Below are positions 62,522-64,000 of a stretch of DNA of 64,000 bases, in pieces. The DNA comes from Alphaproteobacteria bacterium (GTDB lineage: Bacteria > Pseudomonadota > Alphaproteobacteria > UBA8366): the NCBI GenBank assembly GCA_965228975.1, contig OZ245851.1, forward strand, positions 5,568,656-5,632,655. The letters run 5' to 3'. The position numbers and the translations under genes are program-made. Position 1 is the first letter of the stretch. Each line of letters begins with the position of its first letter. The notes under the pieces are model-generated. The model was not told the origin of the DNA and ran no database searches. It was given only the letters and a program-made list of their open reading frames with translations.

Positions 62522-64000
62522 ATGGTCGCAAAGGCTCTCAAGGCGAAAGATGTCGCGCGACCGGCTTTCAAGCCCGGGACGCGACAAACCGGCGATATCT
62601 TCGCGCTCTCAAGTCATAAGCGCGCCCGCGAGGCGCTCGAGTTCGGGCTGTGCATGCAGGACCCCGGCTTCAACATCTTTGTGCTGGGACCCGATCGCAG
62701 CGGTCGTATGACGGCGACCCTCGATTACATGCGCGATCATCTGGCGTGCATGCCACGACCTTACGATTGGATTTATCTCAACAATTTCCGCCGGCCCCAT
62801 CGGCCCAAGCCCTATCGCTTGCCGGCGGGCGTGGGGCGCGCGTTTCGCGACCGGATGGCGGCGTTGATTCCGCAGTTGCGGGAAGCATTGGCCGGCGCGT
62901 TCGGCGGTGAAAAATATCAAAATGAAATTCGGGCACAGGGTGAAGAAGCCCAATCCGAGGTGCGCGCGGAACTCGAGGCGTTGCAGACCGAAGCGCAGCA
63001 ATTCGGGCTCGACCTGGCGCAGACCCCGCAAGGCTTCATGGTGGTTGCCAGAGGTCCCGACGGGAATCCGGTCGCGCTGGAATCCTTGCCGCAGGCACAA
63101 CGTCAGTTGCTGGAAGCCAAGGCCATGGAAATCGCGCAACGTCTGCAGGATATCAATCGACGCGCCGCCATGGCACAGGGCGATCTCGCCAAACGCCTCG
63201 TCGATTTGAACCGCCAGGTTGCCGATACCGCGGTCGGTGCGCTGCTGGATGAGCTTCAGAAGGAATATTCAGGGCATCGCGGATTGGCCCGATGGCTTGT
63301 CGAACTGCGGGAGGACATCGTCGATAATCTGATCGGGTTTTTGCCGCGCCCGCCGGAAACCCCGATGCCCGCGGTCGAGCCACCCGAGCGGCGCTACGCC
63401 GTAAATTTGTTGGTCGATCACAGCGACAATGAGACGCCGGGCGTCGTGCTCGAGGCCAATCCCACCTACGAGAATCTGTTCGGCCGAATCGAATACCGGC
63501 CCGTTCAGGGTGGCATGGATACCGATTTCAGCATGATCCGGGCCGGCGCATTGCACCGCGCGAATGGCGGCATACTTGTCCTTCGCGCCGATGATCTGGC
63601 GAGACATCCCAGCAGTTGGGCTTTCCTGAAAGGCGCGCTGCGGGATGGCAAGATTCAGGTGGATGAACCGCACCGGGCGAACGCGGTGCCGGTGGCCGGC
63701 GCGCCGCGGCCGAAGGCGATCCCGCTCGACCTCAAGGTGGTCGTCGTTGGGTCGCCGCATTGGTACTACACGTTCTATTCGGTCGATCCCGAGTTCCAGA
63801 CCTACTTCAAGGTCAAGGCCGATATCGACAACGATATGGACGCGACCGCGCGCAATCTGTCGGTCTATGCCGGGCTGATACGCCAACGCGCGAAACAGGT
63901 GCACGGCGTTCCCTGCGACGATAGCGCGGTACGGCGCATGCTGGGGATGGCGGCGCGTTGGGCGGGTCATCGCAAGAAGCTCACGGCGCAATTCGAGCTC
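62522..64000 (+). CDS. Lon-like (LonC/YcbZ-type) AAA protease, N-terminal part, truncated by the window end and absent from the ORF track
   Basis: ATG 62522: AREALEFGL...GFNIFVLG, DWIYLNNF, RYAVNLLVD, NPTYENLFGRIEY and IRAGALHRANGG. Confidence 0.88.
   Translation, partial: MVAKALKAKDVARPAFKPGTRQTGDIFALSSHKRAREALEFGLCMQDPGFNIFVLGPDRSGRMTATLDYMRDHLACMPRPYDWIYLNNFRRPHRPKPYRLPAGVGRAFRDRMAALIPQLREALAGAFGGEKYQNEIRAQGEEAQSEVRAELEALQTEAQQFGLDLAQTPQGFMVVARGPDGNPVALESLPQAQRQLLEAKAMEIAQRLQDINRRAAMAQGDLAKRLVDLNRQVADTAVGALLDELQKEYSGHRGLARWLVELREDIVDNLIGFLPRPPETPMPAVEPPERRYAVNLLVDHSDNETPGVVLEANPTYENLFGRIEYRPVQGGMDTDFSMIRAGALHRANGGILVLRADDLARHPSSWAFLKGALRDGKIQVDEPHRANAVPVAGAPRPKAIPLDLKVVVVGSPHWYYTFYSVDPEFQTYFKVKADIDNDMDATARNLSVYAGLIRQRAKQVHGVPCDDSAVRRMLGMAARWAGHRKKLTAQFEL

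Overview
GC-rich alphaproteobacterial chromosome segment, most consistent with a Rhodospirillales-like organism, dominated by conserved housekeeping blocks: lysS(class I)/S24 regulator/DUF952-pyrD; tgt-rpmB; upp; cobT-cobS-DnaJ-bolA; aroK-aroB; xerD-accA; secA-PPIase-argJ-mutT; comF-grxC-nitrilase-DUF1178-ubiG-lysC-ptsP-rodZ-hisS-hemA-prfA-prmC-DUF4167. Small accessory catabolic genes interrupt these blocks (amidase-MlrC-GGT, sulfatase-family hydrolase, aminotransferases, three VOC proteins). I see no tRNA, rRNA, CRISPR array, transposase or prophage, and no clear-cut novel multi-gene system. The most notable observations are: (1) a 1068-aa membrane-anchored polar-scaffold-like protein built from about 28 exact-length 25-residue helical repeats; (2) a class V PLP enzyme whose Schiff-base lysine is replaced by Asn; (3) a TGT with a shortened, possibly queuine-salvage-type pocket loop; (4) a C5-pathway glutamyl-tRNA reductase in a locus lacking the usual ispG; (5) a 46-aa membrane protein missing from the ORF track; (6) an internally deleted RND adaptor pseudogene. 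All calls come from motif reading and recalled family knowledge. No searches were run.
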